This document shows, piece after piece, positions 34,988-47,120 of a stretch of 64,000 nucleotides of DNA. Location: positions 137,786,937 through 137,850,936 of the forward strand of contig NC_133617.1 in NCBI RefSeq assembly GCF_048593235.1, written 5' to 3'. The position numbers and the translations under genes are program-made. The stretch comes from Sminthopsis crassicaudata (Eukaryota). The first letter of the stretch is position 1. The number at the start of each line of letters is the position of its first letter. The notes below the pieces were generated by a model that was not told where the DNA came from, searched no databases, and saw nothing but the letters and a program-made list of their open reading frames with translations.

Positions 34988-36690
34988 GTCAGTTGGTTGT
35001 TGTCCTCCAACCTCAAACAAGACCAAAATGACCTCACTATAATTGGAGTCTAGTTATATTTTGTTGACTGTGACTCATAGAACCAATAGGAGCTGAGAAT
35101 ATTCTACCACAGGAATTTGTGTGAGAATTTGGGGTGGATTCTCTAAATTTGCAAATCTCATGTTTCTTTTGAGATACTTAAATTCTGCTTTGCTCCTACA
35201 ACACAGCATCTTCTTTGATGAGGGCACGCTATGCTGGGTGGTTCTGTGCCAGTGTCTCTAATGTCTCAAAATCAATTCCAAAGTTCTTCAGAGAAAACTT
35301 GAAAGTGTCCTTTTATTGCTTCTTCTGACAACTATGTGAGCACTTGCTTTGTGTGAGTTCTCTGTCAAATAGCCTTTTAGACAAATGTACATTTGGCCTT
35401 CAGACAACATGGTCATTCTAGTGGAGTTGCATTCTCTGCAGTAGAGTTTGAAAGTCTGGCAGTTTAGCTCAAGAAAAGGGCCTTCACTTCTAGTACCTTA
35501 TTATGCCCAGTGATCTTCAGAATTTTCCTAAGACAATTCAGATGGAAACAATTCAGTTTCCTGGTGATGTGGCTGATACAGCCAATGATGTGGCACCTGG
35601 TGATGTCCTTTAGGAAAGTACCAAGTACTGGGGTTCAGTCATGTGAAGGATTCACAATGGTCATTCTATATGGCAAAAGGTAGGTTTATTTAGGAGAAGA
35701 GTTATAGACAAAATAACGAGATAGAATAGACACTAGGAATGTTAAATATGAGAGTAGGAGAGCATATAGTTAGTAAGAAAAGGGTTGAACAATTAGGCAT
35801 GGAAAGGGCAAGTTCCCTAATAGAACCCTAAATAGCCAGGAGAAAGGAAATACCTCATGAGGCTGGGGCTTGCCCTTAGTTGGCAGATAAGGAGGAGAAC
35901 GGGGTTTGAGAAGAGGAGTGGGGTTAGGAGAAACATCATAGGGCACGTGGGAGAGGTAAGGGAAAAGATTCTGCAAGACCAAGTATGATGGCAGACTGAC
36001 CCAAAAGAGTGGAGGCGAGATGATAAGCAGATTTATAGAGAAAATGTAATCTCAGGGACATCACTGGGATTTCTGACAGGACATAGCAAGGTAAAGCTGC
36101 CCACGATTCCCACAGAGAGTGGGTCTCAGGGGTTGGACATAACTTGGATTTCAGACTGGATGACTTCCACAGAGGGTGGGACTATGGAGCTAAACTGATC
36201 TCTATCAGAGCTTTCTCCTTGCCTGCCCCAGGGAACAATTTCATCAATGTTCCAGTTTTTCTCTGCCAACCACACCCACCATTCAGGACCTTATCACTGC
36301 CAAGTCCAGGTTTCTTAGACCTGAGAGCAGCACAAAGGCTCGGTAGACCTTCAGTTTTGGTAGCTTAAAAAACTGTTTTTCTTCCATACCCTGAACTAGG
36401 TTTGACAATGCTTGAGTCAAACTCATCATCTACATGGACATCCCTGAAAAGTACACTGCCAAAGTAAGTGAAGTTATCCACAGCATTCAGAGTTTTTCCA
36501 TTTGTGGTAACTGATGGTTCCACATATGGACGGTCTGGTGCTGGATGATGGAAAACCTCTGTTTTCTTAGTGTTAATTGTTAGGCTAAAATTAGCACAAG
36601 CAGCAGAGAATCAATCTGTACTTTCTTTGCATCACATCTTCAGAGGCTTCATTCAGTGCACAATCATATGAAAACAAAATAATTATGCAC
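34988..36690 (-). mobile_element. RTE LINE 3' part (non-BovB marsupial RTE), split by an LTR
   Basis: Antisense encodes RTE RT C-terminal motifs (e.g. NFSLTINTKKTEVFH, NFTYFGSVLFR..VHVDDEFD). The sequence continues on both sides of 35586-36296. Confidence 0.8.
35586..36296 (-). mobile_element. Solo LTR (711 bp) inserted in RTE
   Basis: TGAT...ATCA termini. Minus-strand TATA (CTATAAAT, 36031-36038) and AATAAA (35685-35690) occur in U3-R-U5 order. Confidence 0.8.
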
Positions 36691-36769
36691 CAACTCTCCC
36701 TCCATTTCAGCCTTGCTTCAAGTTGAATAATTTACCACCAGTGGGATAAGTGAGAAGAACTTGGGAAAG

Positions 36770-37030
36770 AAGAAGGTATTAAGCATTAATATAGCACTTG
36801 CTATATTCCAAACACTACACTGGATGTTTTTTTACAAATATCATTCCATTTGATCTTCATTACCTTGCAAGTTAGGTGCTATTATAATTATTATCATTTT
36901 ACAGGTTTAGGAAACTGAGGCCGAGGTTAAGTGTCTTGCCCAAAGTCACACAACTAGTAAGTATTTGAGGCTGGATTTGAAGTCAAGTTCGGGCCCAGGC
37001 CCAGGTTCCACCTTCAGACACCAGCTATCT
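36770..37030 (-). mobile_element. MIR SINE
   Basis: cattttacaggtttaggaaactgaggc...ttaagtgtcttgcccaaagtcacacaactagtaagt. Confidence 0.75.
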
Positions 37031-37129
37031 CAAAGGGAAAGATATTCAACAAAGATAGAACATAGCCAGACCATATTTCATTGCCCTTCTGGCTATGTTT
37101 TTTGACTTAATAATTTTTGTCATCCAGAA

Positions 37130-38480
37130 ACTAGGCATTGACCCACACCAAATACTCTGTACCAAGATAAGATCAAAATGGGCTCATGATTTAGGCATAA
37201 AGAATGATATTATAAGCAAATTAGAATAACAAAGGATAGTCTATCTCAGATCTGTGGGGAAGGAAGGAATTTGTGGCTAAATGATTAGAATACATTATGT
37301 GATGCAAAATGGATAATTTTGATTACATTAAGTTAAAAAGGTTTTTGTACAAACAAAAACAATGCAGACAAGATTAGAACACCCAAGAGTTCTCATAAAA
37401 AATCTCAATTCTAAAATGTATAGAGAATTGACTTGATTTTATAAGAATTCAAGCCATTCTCCAATTGATAAATGATCAAAGGATATGAACAATTTTCAGA
37501 TGAAGAATTTAAAACCATTTATAGTCATATAAAAAAATGCTCTAAATCATTATTGATCAGAAAAATGAAATTAAGATAACTGAGTTATTACTACACACCT
37601 CTCAGATTGGCTAAAATGACAGGAAAAACTAATGAAAAATATTGGAGAGGATGTTGGAAAACTGGAACACTAATATATTGTTGATGGAATTGTGGATTTA
37701 TCCTATCATTCTGGAGAGCAATTGGAACTGTGCCCTAAGGGCTATCAAACTGTGCATACCTTTTGATTCAACAGTGTCTCTACTGAAACCTGTATTCCAA
37801 AGAGATCATAAAAAAAAGGGAAAAGGACCCACATGTGGATAAATGTGTGTGGCAGCCCTTTTTGTAGTGGCAAGAAACTGATAACTGAGTGGATGCCCAT
37901 CAGTTTGGACAATGGCTGAATAAATTATGGTCTATGAATGATATGGAATATTATTGTTCCATAAGAAATGACCAACAGGATGATTTCAGAGAGGCCTAGA
38001 GACTTACATGAACTGATGCTAAGTGAAGTGAATAGAACCAGGAGAACCTTATACACAGCAACAAGAAGATTATATGATAATCAATTCTGAGGGACTTGGC
38101 TCTTTTCTACAATGAGATGATTCAGGCCAATACTAATGATCTTGTGATGAAGAGAGCCATCTGTACCCAGAGAGAGGACTGTGGAGACCGAGTCTAGATC
38201 ACAACCTAGTATTTCACCTTTTTTGTTTGCTTGCATTTTGTTTTCTGACTCATTCTTTTCCTTTTTTATCTAATTTTTCTTGTGAAACGTGATAATTGTG
38301 GAAATATACATAGAAGAATTGCACATTTAACATATATTGAATTGCTTGCCATCTAGGGTAGGAGTGGAAAGAAGGGAAGGAAAAAAAATTGGAAGACAAA
38401 GTTTTGCAAGGGTGAATGTTGAAAATTATGCATATGATTTGAAAATAAACAGCTTTAATTTAAAAAAATAAATAGATAAG
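37130..38480 (+). mobile_element. L1 ORF2 3' part and 3' UTR (decayed)
   Basis: caagccattctccaattgataaatg.tcaaaggatatgaac, cysteine-rich C-terminal region, and 3' UTR with A-rich tail. Confidence 0.9.
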
Positions 38481-39114
38481 AAAGAATTAATAAAACAACA
38501 AGGAAAAAATAATTTTTGCTACTGTGACTCAGTTATCTTCTCACTCTGGAATTTCCTTTTAGCTGCAGAAATCTTGCTTCTCCCATTGCCGAGTTCTTCC
38601 TCTTGAGTGTCCGTTTTGAGGGTGGGACCAGGCTAACCATGCTTCATTTCCCTTTTGACTGTGTTTATGATTCTATAGATTTCACCACTATTCCTCCCAG
38701 CTGGTACCTTCTCCCTCACCCAAACTCTTTTCAGTTCCCTTTTGTACGTAGTCTTCCTTCATTTGAATGTGAGCTCCTTGAGAGCAGGGACTTTGTCTAT
38801 CGAAAGTATTTGGCACAATGCCTGATGAATAGTAGGTACTTAATAAATGAGTGTTGACAGTTTTTTCATCTGCTTAATTTGGAGGCAGAATCTCCAGAGG
38901 AGACACATCTAGTTTGGTTGGCTCTTGGGGAAGGAGGAGTGGGGATTCTTTAGGGTTGATGGACTTCTTGTTGCCTTGAGGGTTTCTTGTTTTTTAAGGT
39001 TCAAGTTTTCTTGGTCCCATGGAGCATTCAATCTTGGCTGGTTTCATTGCTTTTGGGGGAAGAGCTTAGGCAACTGCCCCCCACCTCCCCTCATTTTCCC
39101 TCCCCCCCCAGTTA

Positions 39115-39870
39115 TCTTTTTATTTCACTTAATAGTATTTTATTTTTTCAATTACATGTAGAGATAGTCTTCAACATTCATTTTTGTAAAGAGTTTGAGT
39201 TCCAGATTTTTTCTCATTCCCTCCTTTCCCTTCCTTTTCCCCAAAACAGCAAGAAATCTGATATAAGCTATACATGTACAATCATATTTCTATATTAGTC
39301 TTACTGTGGAAAAAAAAGAATAAGAAAAAAAGAGAAAAACCACAAGAAATTTTTTTTTAAAAGTAAAAATAGTATGATTCAAGCTGCCATTCAACTCCAT
39401 AGTTCTTTCTCTGGATTTGGATGATATTTTCCATCACAAGTCTTATGACTCGGGTCATTGTATTGCTGAGACAGCTAAGTCTGTCATAATTGACCATTGC
39501 CCAATGCTGCTGTTTCTATATACAATATTCTTCTGGTTCTATTCATTTTATTTAGTATCAGTTCATATAAGTCATTTCAGGTTTTTCTGAAATCCCACCT
39601 GTTCATCATTTCTTATACAGTAGTATTCCATTACATTCATATAATTTGTTCAGCTATTCCCCAATTGATGGGCATCCTCTCGATTTTCATTTCTTTGCCA
39701 CCACAAAAAGAGCCACTATAAATATTTTTGTATATATGGATCCTTTTTTGTGATCTTTTTGGGATATAGACTTATAGTAGCATTGCTGAGTCAAGTGGTA
39801 TGCACAATTTGAGGTTTTCCAGAATGGTTGGATCAGTTCACAACTCTACTAACAATGCATTCATATCCAA
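39115..39870 (-). mobile_element. L1 3' region
   Basis: Antisense L1 3' UTR and ORF2 end (ccccaattgatgggcatcc...tccagaatggttggatcagttcacaact). Confidence 0.8.
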
Positions 39871-40929
39871 CAGGGCTTTTCTGGTCTTAGTAGATATCAT
39901 TCCTATCACAGGATAAACTCTCAATCCTGATGTATTCTGGTCACATACACTTTGTAGATTGTATACAAGTACTGTGATCCCCTTTACTGTGATCCTCATT
40001 GCTCATTCAAAAGAGTGAATTTATTTACACTAAATGCTTGTCACAAATAAGTATCACCCTGCTCTTTTGGACTATTTGTAACCTACTTTTCTGCCTCTAC
40101 TAGCTTTTTAACCTTCTCCTTGGATGTGATGTTTTCCATGGCGCCATTTTTGACTAGTTCCTCTCTTCCCTCTAGATTAGTAATCTACCCTTCTCTCTGC
40201 AATCTCATTTATTTCCAAGTCTTCATCTTTATAGATAAGCCCAAATCCATGTCTCCAGGGCTGCTTTTCCTTACAAGCTCCAATGTCACATCTCTGACTG
40301 CATACAAGAAAACATCTCCACTTGTATTTGTCACCAACATCTCAAATTCAGCTCATTCAAAATCAGATCAATATATTTCTTTTCAAACCTATTACTTTTT
40401 CTTTTTAGAATTTTAGAATTTCTTTTGGGAGTTGCACCAATGATCCCATCGCTTATGGGACCCTCTGAAGATAATTTAACATATATTTCATGTAATGAAG
40501 GCTTAATGTACACCTAGATGCCCTGAAATGGTTTACCAATGAGGAGACTTGTTTCTGGGAGAGAGGAGAACTGGTATATTCATGGACAGTCTTTGACTAC
40601 CTAGATGGTTGGGAGCAACCAAGAGGCTCCAAGAAATAGATTTGGGGTTTTTGAAATCTTGTTTATCTTTTTTTTTTTTTTTTCTTTTAAAGTTCTAGAT
40701 AATGGGAGCAGATTCCTGATCTGGGAGCTTCAGCCACAGGGATACAGAAATCCATGAAATCTAGGTAGGATGTTATAGTCAGCCCACCAGGAGCCTTGAG
40801 GAGCAAAAGTCTAGAATAATCACTCAGTGGGACTTTTGGGCTTGAACTTGGTAGGATTATTGTTATGTAGAAACGAGTTAAGCTGTAAACCTAACTTCCC
40901 TCTTCTCCCTAGAGATTAAGGGGGGTATG

Positions 40930-41170
40930 TTGTTCAGTCATTTCTGTTGTTGACTCTTCATGATCCTATTTGAAGTTTTCTTGGCAAAGATACTGGAGGG
41001 GGTTCCTATTTCTTTCTCCAATCTTTTACATATGAGGAATTGAGATAAACAGAATTAAAGTGACTTGATCAAGGTCATACAACTATTAAATGTCTGAGGT
41101 CAGATTTGAACTCAGGAAGATGAGTCTTCCTGACTCCAGGCTCAGCATTCTACTTCATCACCTAGCTTCC
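40930..41170 (-). mobile_element. MAR1 SINE
   Basis: gttgttcagtcatttc...ttttcttggcaaagatactggag...gaactcaggaagatgagtcttcctgactccag. Confidence 0.85.
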
Positions 41171-42357
41171 TTTCAAGGGGAGATAAGAGGAATTGCTTCC
41201 CCAAAGGGTTAGGTAAATATTTTAATATTAGTTCTTACTATAACTTTGAAGTGAATATTCCTTGGTAAAAGATAAACCAATGTTAAATAGTTAAAAAAAT
41301 AAACAAACTGAATGCTATTACTGACCCCTAAAAATGGGGAAGAGGATACAATTGGTGAGGGCTTAAGTTGATGACAGACGAACAGATCCAAAGGGATACT
41401 GGAGAACTCTAAAGGAAGGAGCAATATATAACAGACTTGGTCATAAGATAATTGGGACAGAGTCAACACATGACAGAATCAACATATTTATATTTTGTTT
41501 TCTGTTTACATGTTTTCTCCTTTAATAGAGTGTAAGCACCTTGAAGCATGGACTATTTTCTTTTTTTATTTAAGCAACTCTAGGGCCTAGCAGAATGCTT
41601 GACACTTGGGAATTTGATAAATGCTTGCTGAATTGAATTAAAATCCTAATTCACCCTTTAAATTTGAGATGAAATGCCATCTTTTCTATAAAGACTGATC
41701 CTTCAGCCCTCACCTAGAGCTTTCTTCTGTAACTTCCTATTGCACTTTTCATACAATATTGCTTATTATAACTATCCCTGTTGGTAGCCTATCTCTACTT
41801 ATGCTCTATGAGTATGGGGACCATGTCTGACCTAAATATGGTGTCCCTCCTTGTACTTAGCATATTGCTCTGTACCCAGTAGGTGCTTTTCAGAAAATGT
41901 TCTGTTGCAAGCACAGCTCTGTGGGTTTGAAGATTGTTGCTACCAAAAAGCCAGTTTTCAGTTGTACCAACATGAAAAGTTGGATCAGACTTTTATCTAG
42001 ATTTAGAATAAGTCATTTGATATTTCTTGCATTTGATTTCTTGTCCCCATCATTTTTTACCTGGAATACCATAAAATTAGAATGTCCTGAGCTCCCACCA
42101 ACTAACAAGGAGTATTAGAAAGAGGTAGAATCATAGATTTTAATTCTGGCTTGCCTGGCCACTAACTAGTTATGTGACTTTTCAGGTCTCAGTTTGCTCA
42201 TCAATAAAATGGTAGAATTGAATTAGAAAATTTCTAAGGTCCTTATGGATAGAAAGGAGAAACCTGACCTGTAATGAAGGGTTAACACCCTTAAAATGTG
42301 AATTGGCCACATGTAGGTCATTTGGACTTATACTATTTCAACTTCTGACTTATTCTT

Positions 42358-42775
42358 TTTTAAATTTTATTTTTTATAAAGTTTTTTTTTTAATTTTCAA
42401 AACATATGCACAGATAATTTGACAACATTGATTCTTGCATAGCCTTGTGTTTCAGATTTTCCCCTCCTTCCCCCCACCCCCTCCCCAGATGGCAGGCAAT
42501 TCAGTATATGTTCAACATGTTGAAATATATGTTAAATCCAATATGTGTAAATATATTTGTACAATTCTCTTGCTGCACAAGAAAAATCAGAGCAAAAAAA
42601 GAAAATAAATGAGTAAGAAAACAAAATGCAAGCGAACAACAAAAAAGAGTGAAAAGGCTCTGCTGTGGACCACACACAGTTCCCACAATCCTTTCTCTGA
42701 GTGTAGATGGTTCTCTACATCACAGGATCATTGGAACTGGCTCAATGATCTCATTGTTGGAGTCTCGTTCATCAG
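42358..42775 (-). mobile_element. 5'-truncated L1 3' end (older of two at this site)
   Basis: PolyT then antisense L1 3' UTR. Flanked by tctgacttattctt (42344-42357) and tctgactcatt (42778-42788; full copy tctgactcattctt at 43871-43884). Confidence 0.8.
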
Positions 42776-42788
42776 TGTCTGACTCATT

Positions 42789-43868
42789 TTTTTTTAAATT
42801 AATTTTATAATTATAACTTTTTTTTTTTTTTTTGGACAGTACATATGCATCCCTTGTATTCCCTTCTGTTCCGAATTTTTCCCCTCCTTCCCTCCACCCC
42901 CTCCCCTAGATGGCAGGCATTCCCATACATATTAAATATGTTATAGTATGTCCTAGGTACAATATATATGTGCAGAACCTAATTTTGTTGTTGTTGCAAA
43001 GGAAGAATTGTATTCGGAAGGTAAAAATAATCTGATAAGGTTCTGATAAAGGCCTCATCTCCAAAATATACAGAGAATTGACTTTAATTTATAAGGAATC
43101 AAGCCATTCTCCAGTTGATAAATGGTCAAAGGATATGAACAGACAATTTTCAGCTGATGAAATTGAAACTATTTCCATTCATATGAAAGTGTTCCAAATC
43201 ACTACTGATCAGAGAAATGCAAATTAAGACAACTCTGAGATACCACTACACACCTGTCAGATTGGCTAAAATAACAGGAACAAATAATGATGAATGTTGG
43301 AGGGGCTGTGGGAAAACTGGGACACTGATACATTGTTGGTGGAGTTGTGAAAGAATCCAACCATTCTGGAGAGCAATCTGGAATTATGCCCAAAAAGTTA
43401 TCCAAATGTGCATACCCTTTGATCCAGCATTGCTGTTATTGGGCTTATATCCCAAGGAAATACTAAAGAAGGGAAAGGGACCAAAATGTTCATAGAAGCC
43501 CTTTTTGTAGTGGCTAGAAACTAGAAAATGAATGGATGTCCATCAATTGGAGAATGGTTGGGTAAATTATGGTATATGAATGTTATGGAATATTATTGTT
43601 CTGTAAGAAATGACCAACAATACAGAGAGGCTTGGAGAGACATCAGCTGATGCTGAGTGAAACGAGCAGAACCAGGAGATCATTATACACTTCAACAATG
43701 ATACTGTATGAGGGTATATTCTGATAGAAGTGGATATCTTCAACATCGAGAAGAGCTAATCCAATTCCAATTGATCAATGATGGACAGAATCAGCCACAC
43801 CCAGAAAAAGAAATACTGGGAAAATGAGTGTAAACTGTGAGCTTTTTTTGGTTTTTCTTCCCAGATTA
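42789..43868 (-). mobile_element. L1 with 5' inversion (twin priming)
   Basis: Minus-strand terminal 3' UTR at 42789-~43036, then plus-strand ORF2 C-terminus ([18 protein letters not shown]...[16 protein letters not shown]) and UTR at ~43037-43868. 13-bp TSD tgtctgactcatt at 42776-42788 and 43869-43881. Confidence 0.88.
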
Positions 43869-43911
43869 TGTCTGACTCATTCTTAAGAAGCTAATCTTAG
43901 TTTAGTGATTT

Positions 43912-44130
43912 AGGCAAGTAAGTGGTGCCGTAGATAGAGCACTAGATCTAGCATCAGAATAGACCAAGTTCAAATCCAGCCTTTGTGTTACCTAGGCTAG
44001 TCACAACTTCAGTTTTCCTTAGTAAAACAGAGGTTTTAATACCACTAACCTCATAGAATTTTTAGGAGAATCAAATGAGATATTTGTAAACTGTTTAGCA
44101 CCATTTCTGACAAATACTAGGCACTAAAAA
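43912..44130 (+). mobile_element. MIR/MAR-type SINE
   Basis: ggcaagtaagtggtgccgtagatagagcact...gagaatcaaatgagatatttgtaaa. Confidence 0.7.
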
Positions 44131-44829
44131 TTGTTCTTTCCCTTTCCTTCTCTTCCCCTTCCACTATTGGGAAGATACAGCAAGGATTTTGCAGCACTTT
44201 TTATGCAAGCAAATTCAATTTATATTCAATCCAATAAGCTTTTATTCAGTGCCTATTGTGGGTGCCAAGCAATGTGCTAAGGACTGGAAAAACAAATTAG
44301 TAGGGACTACTAAGGCACAATGTTTTGTATGTTGCCAGTAATGGTCACTGCTGAATGTCTTTGCTTAATTATTTTCTTTGTTACAGAAGGAAAAATATTA
44401 TCTTTAAATGGTTATTTCCAGAAATGACTGGAATGTAAAAGCCAAAGGCCTCAACAAAACTTTTTTATTTAAAATATATATATGATTGCCTTGATAAAGA
44501 GACTTGGGCCAGAAGAACTTGCCTATCCCAAGATGCTGAGATTAAACGATGCTAAAAGGGAGTTATGACACGCTCCATGAAGGCCTAAGTACTGTGTAAT
44601 TAACCAAAATATTACTAAGCAAAATTCAATCCTGAGAAGAGGTGATGATTCAAGGTATTGGTCTGTACTTGTTGGGCCCAGGGTTGGTCATAACCTCTTG
44701 AAAGGAAAGATGAAGCATCATTGGAATGAAAATATTTGCCTAAGTATGTCAGAGTGATTCCCCCTAAAATCCACGAAAACTCATGGCAGCCTATAAGTTT
44801 CTTCTCCCACCATCTTTGAGCTCAAACTG

Positions 44830-45422
44830 TGATCCTCTTTTTTATCTCTTCCTGGTCCCTCTGTTTCTCTGTCTCTACTTCCCTCCCTCTTTCCTTCCCT
44901 CCTTCCTCCTTTCCCCCTCCCTTTTTCCTTCTATCTTTCTACTTTTTTCTTCTTCCTTCTCTCTCTTGTTCTCCTTTTTCTTTATTTCTATCTTTCTCTC
45001 TTCTCCCTCCCCCCTCTCTCTTTTACCCTGTCTTTCTTTCCTTCCCTCCTTCCTTTCTCCTCCCTTTCCCCTCCTATTTCTCTACTTCTTTCTTTTTCCT
45101 TCTCTCTCATTCCTTTTTCCTTTTCTCTACTCCTATCTTTCTCTTTTCTCCCCTCTTTTTCTTTCACCCTCTTTCTCCCCTTTTCATTCCCTCCTTCCTT
45201 TCTCCTCACTTTTCTATTTCTCTACCTCTTTTTTCTTCTCTCTCATTCCCTTTTCCTTTCCTCTACTTCTATCTTTCTTTCTCCCCTCTCTCACTCCCTC
45301 TTTCTTTCCCTCCTTCCTTCTATTTCCTCTTTCTCCTTATCTCTTTCTCCCTTTCACTATCTTTTACTCTCCATCTCTCTCTCTTTCCCCCCTTCCCCCG
45401 CCTAATTCTATCCCTCCTTCTC
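44830..45422. repeat. ~590-bp CT-rich low-complexity pyrimidine tract
   Basis: Almost only C/T with sporadic A. It generates the spurious F/L/S/P ORFs. Confidence 0.9.
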
Positions 45423-46339
45423 TAAATGTAGGAGAGTTAGATGAGACATATGCACGAGAGACAACATGCTTGGCACTTAAAATAGCACCTTTCATTTGTG
45501 ATGCTCCCAGAACCCTTCTTCGCCTTGTCATAATCCCCACAGAACCCTGGTGAAGCTGATCATTATAAGAAGCTGAATTTCCTGGCAGAGAAACGAGGCC
45601 CCCAGAGTCTGTAACCTTCCCCAGTGCCCTGGGAGATGTGGAGGATGGGGGTATACGCCGGGGCTCTAAGGCACAGCCGGGGTGAGAGCCCAGCCTTGAG
45701 CACGGGAAACTCCTGAGACTTCGTTCCCCAGCACATCCAGGCGTCCTTTCTTCAGTGCCCCTAGAACACAGGGAGAAGCTTCTGAAGGCAAACGAAATGC
45801 TCAGGGCTTAAAGGGCCCTCAGAAAGAGGGGGTGGTTTAGAGGAGGTGGTGGAAAGCACGAAAAGGAAGCTCTGTATTCTTTCCTACAACATGTAATTAA
45901 CTCTCAGCAGAAGATGCCATGGATTCATAATGAAAGCAGACAGTGGGGGAAGAAAGACTCTGACAAGCGTTCCCGTTCTCATTTATTTATCTCTCTAGTT
46001 CTTTTTTAGTGTACTTATTTATCCATTCATCTAGCTGTCTGTCTGTTTATTTACTTCATAGTCAAAGTGTTCTCACTGATGTCAGGACCTTCACTGACTG
46101 AAACTACTCCAACGGACCAGGTCAGGACTCATGTCCTGTACGATGATTGGTTCATTGCCATTTACTCACTGTACGACCTTTATTAAGCCAGTTCATTCAT
46201 CAGTCTGGGCCTTAGTTTCTTCACTTATTCCAGATGACCTCTAAGGTTTCTAAATCAGAGGTTCCTTTTTTCCAATGTCACCTGGCTAGCAGTTGCCTGG
46301 GAGTTTTCCCCAAGCTCTGCTCCCCTCCCCCGGCCTCCC

Positions 46340-47120
46340 CTCAGAATGGTAGCTCTGTCCCCAGTGCAGGACAGTCTGCCAGTCCCTAATCAGCTCATCC
46401 CCTCCTGCCTGCTGCAGCTTGTTAGCCTAGGCCTCCTGATCCCTCTCCTTCTCCATGACAACGGTCTTCAGAGACACCCACTTCTCTGCACCAGTTACCT
46501 CCCAGGTCATGTTTTCTGGCAGAGGAAAGAAAGCCTGTTTCCTGAGTTCTCTGCCCTTTGTGGGGCGGTCCCCATCCTGGAGAGGAAAACTGGGGCGGTG
46601 GTTGTGGGAGGAAAGGTGGAGAGCTCTGGCCTGGAATGATTGGTGGCTCCCGGACGTGGTCAGGTGAGCAGAACCTGGGCATCCGGCCAGAGCAAACGGG
46701 TAAACCCGAGGCCGGCACAAAGGGCCCTGTGTGGAGTGAAACTCCTAGCCCCAAATCCAGGTCAGCTCATGTTTCCTAACACAAAAGGGGCCGATTCCCA
46801 GGCCAAGCTGGGTGCGGTTTGTGGGCTGTACCCAGCTGGAGAGCCAGACATGGGGCTGGGAGCTTGGACTCCCAGTGACCCAGCTCTCCCTGGGATTTCT
46901 CAGCCTGCAAAGGGGCAAGTGGGGAAAAGCTCTGGGTGGCCAAGCTACACCCCACAGGAAATGCTTTTTTTTGCTGCTTCTAGACCCCTCTTTTCTATGG
47001 GAAAAGACTTCCCTGAGCTGTTGGGCAGTCTCAGAAAAAATAATAATACAGGAACTTTGAATGATAGAACGTTCCTCCTTAGGCAGCTCTGTGGATTAGT
47101 ACAGGCTCATGGTCCGGGAT
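46340..47120. promoter_or_regulatory. GC-rich unique segment, possible promoter/enhancer
   Basis: Raised GC with several CpGs, ATTGG (inverted CCAAT) at 46639, ETS-like TTTCCTG at 46538, and donor-like CAG|GTGAGC at 46663/46664. Confidence 0.4.

Noticed and set aside
44783-45553. 256-aa and 198-aa F/L/S/P-rich ORFs
   Set aside because: Translation of a CT low-complexity tract, not a membrane protein.
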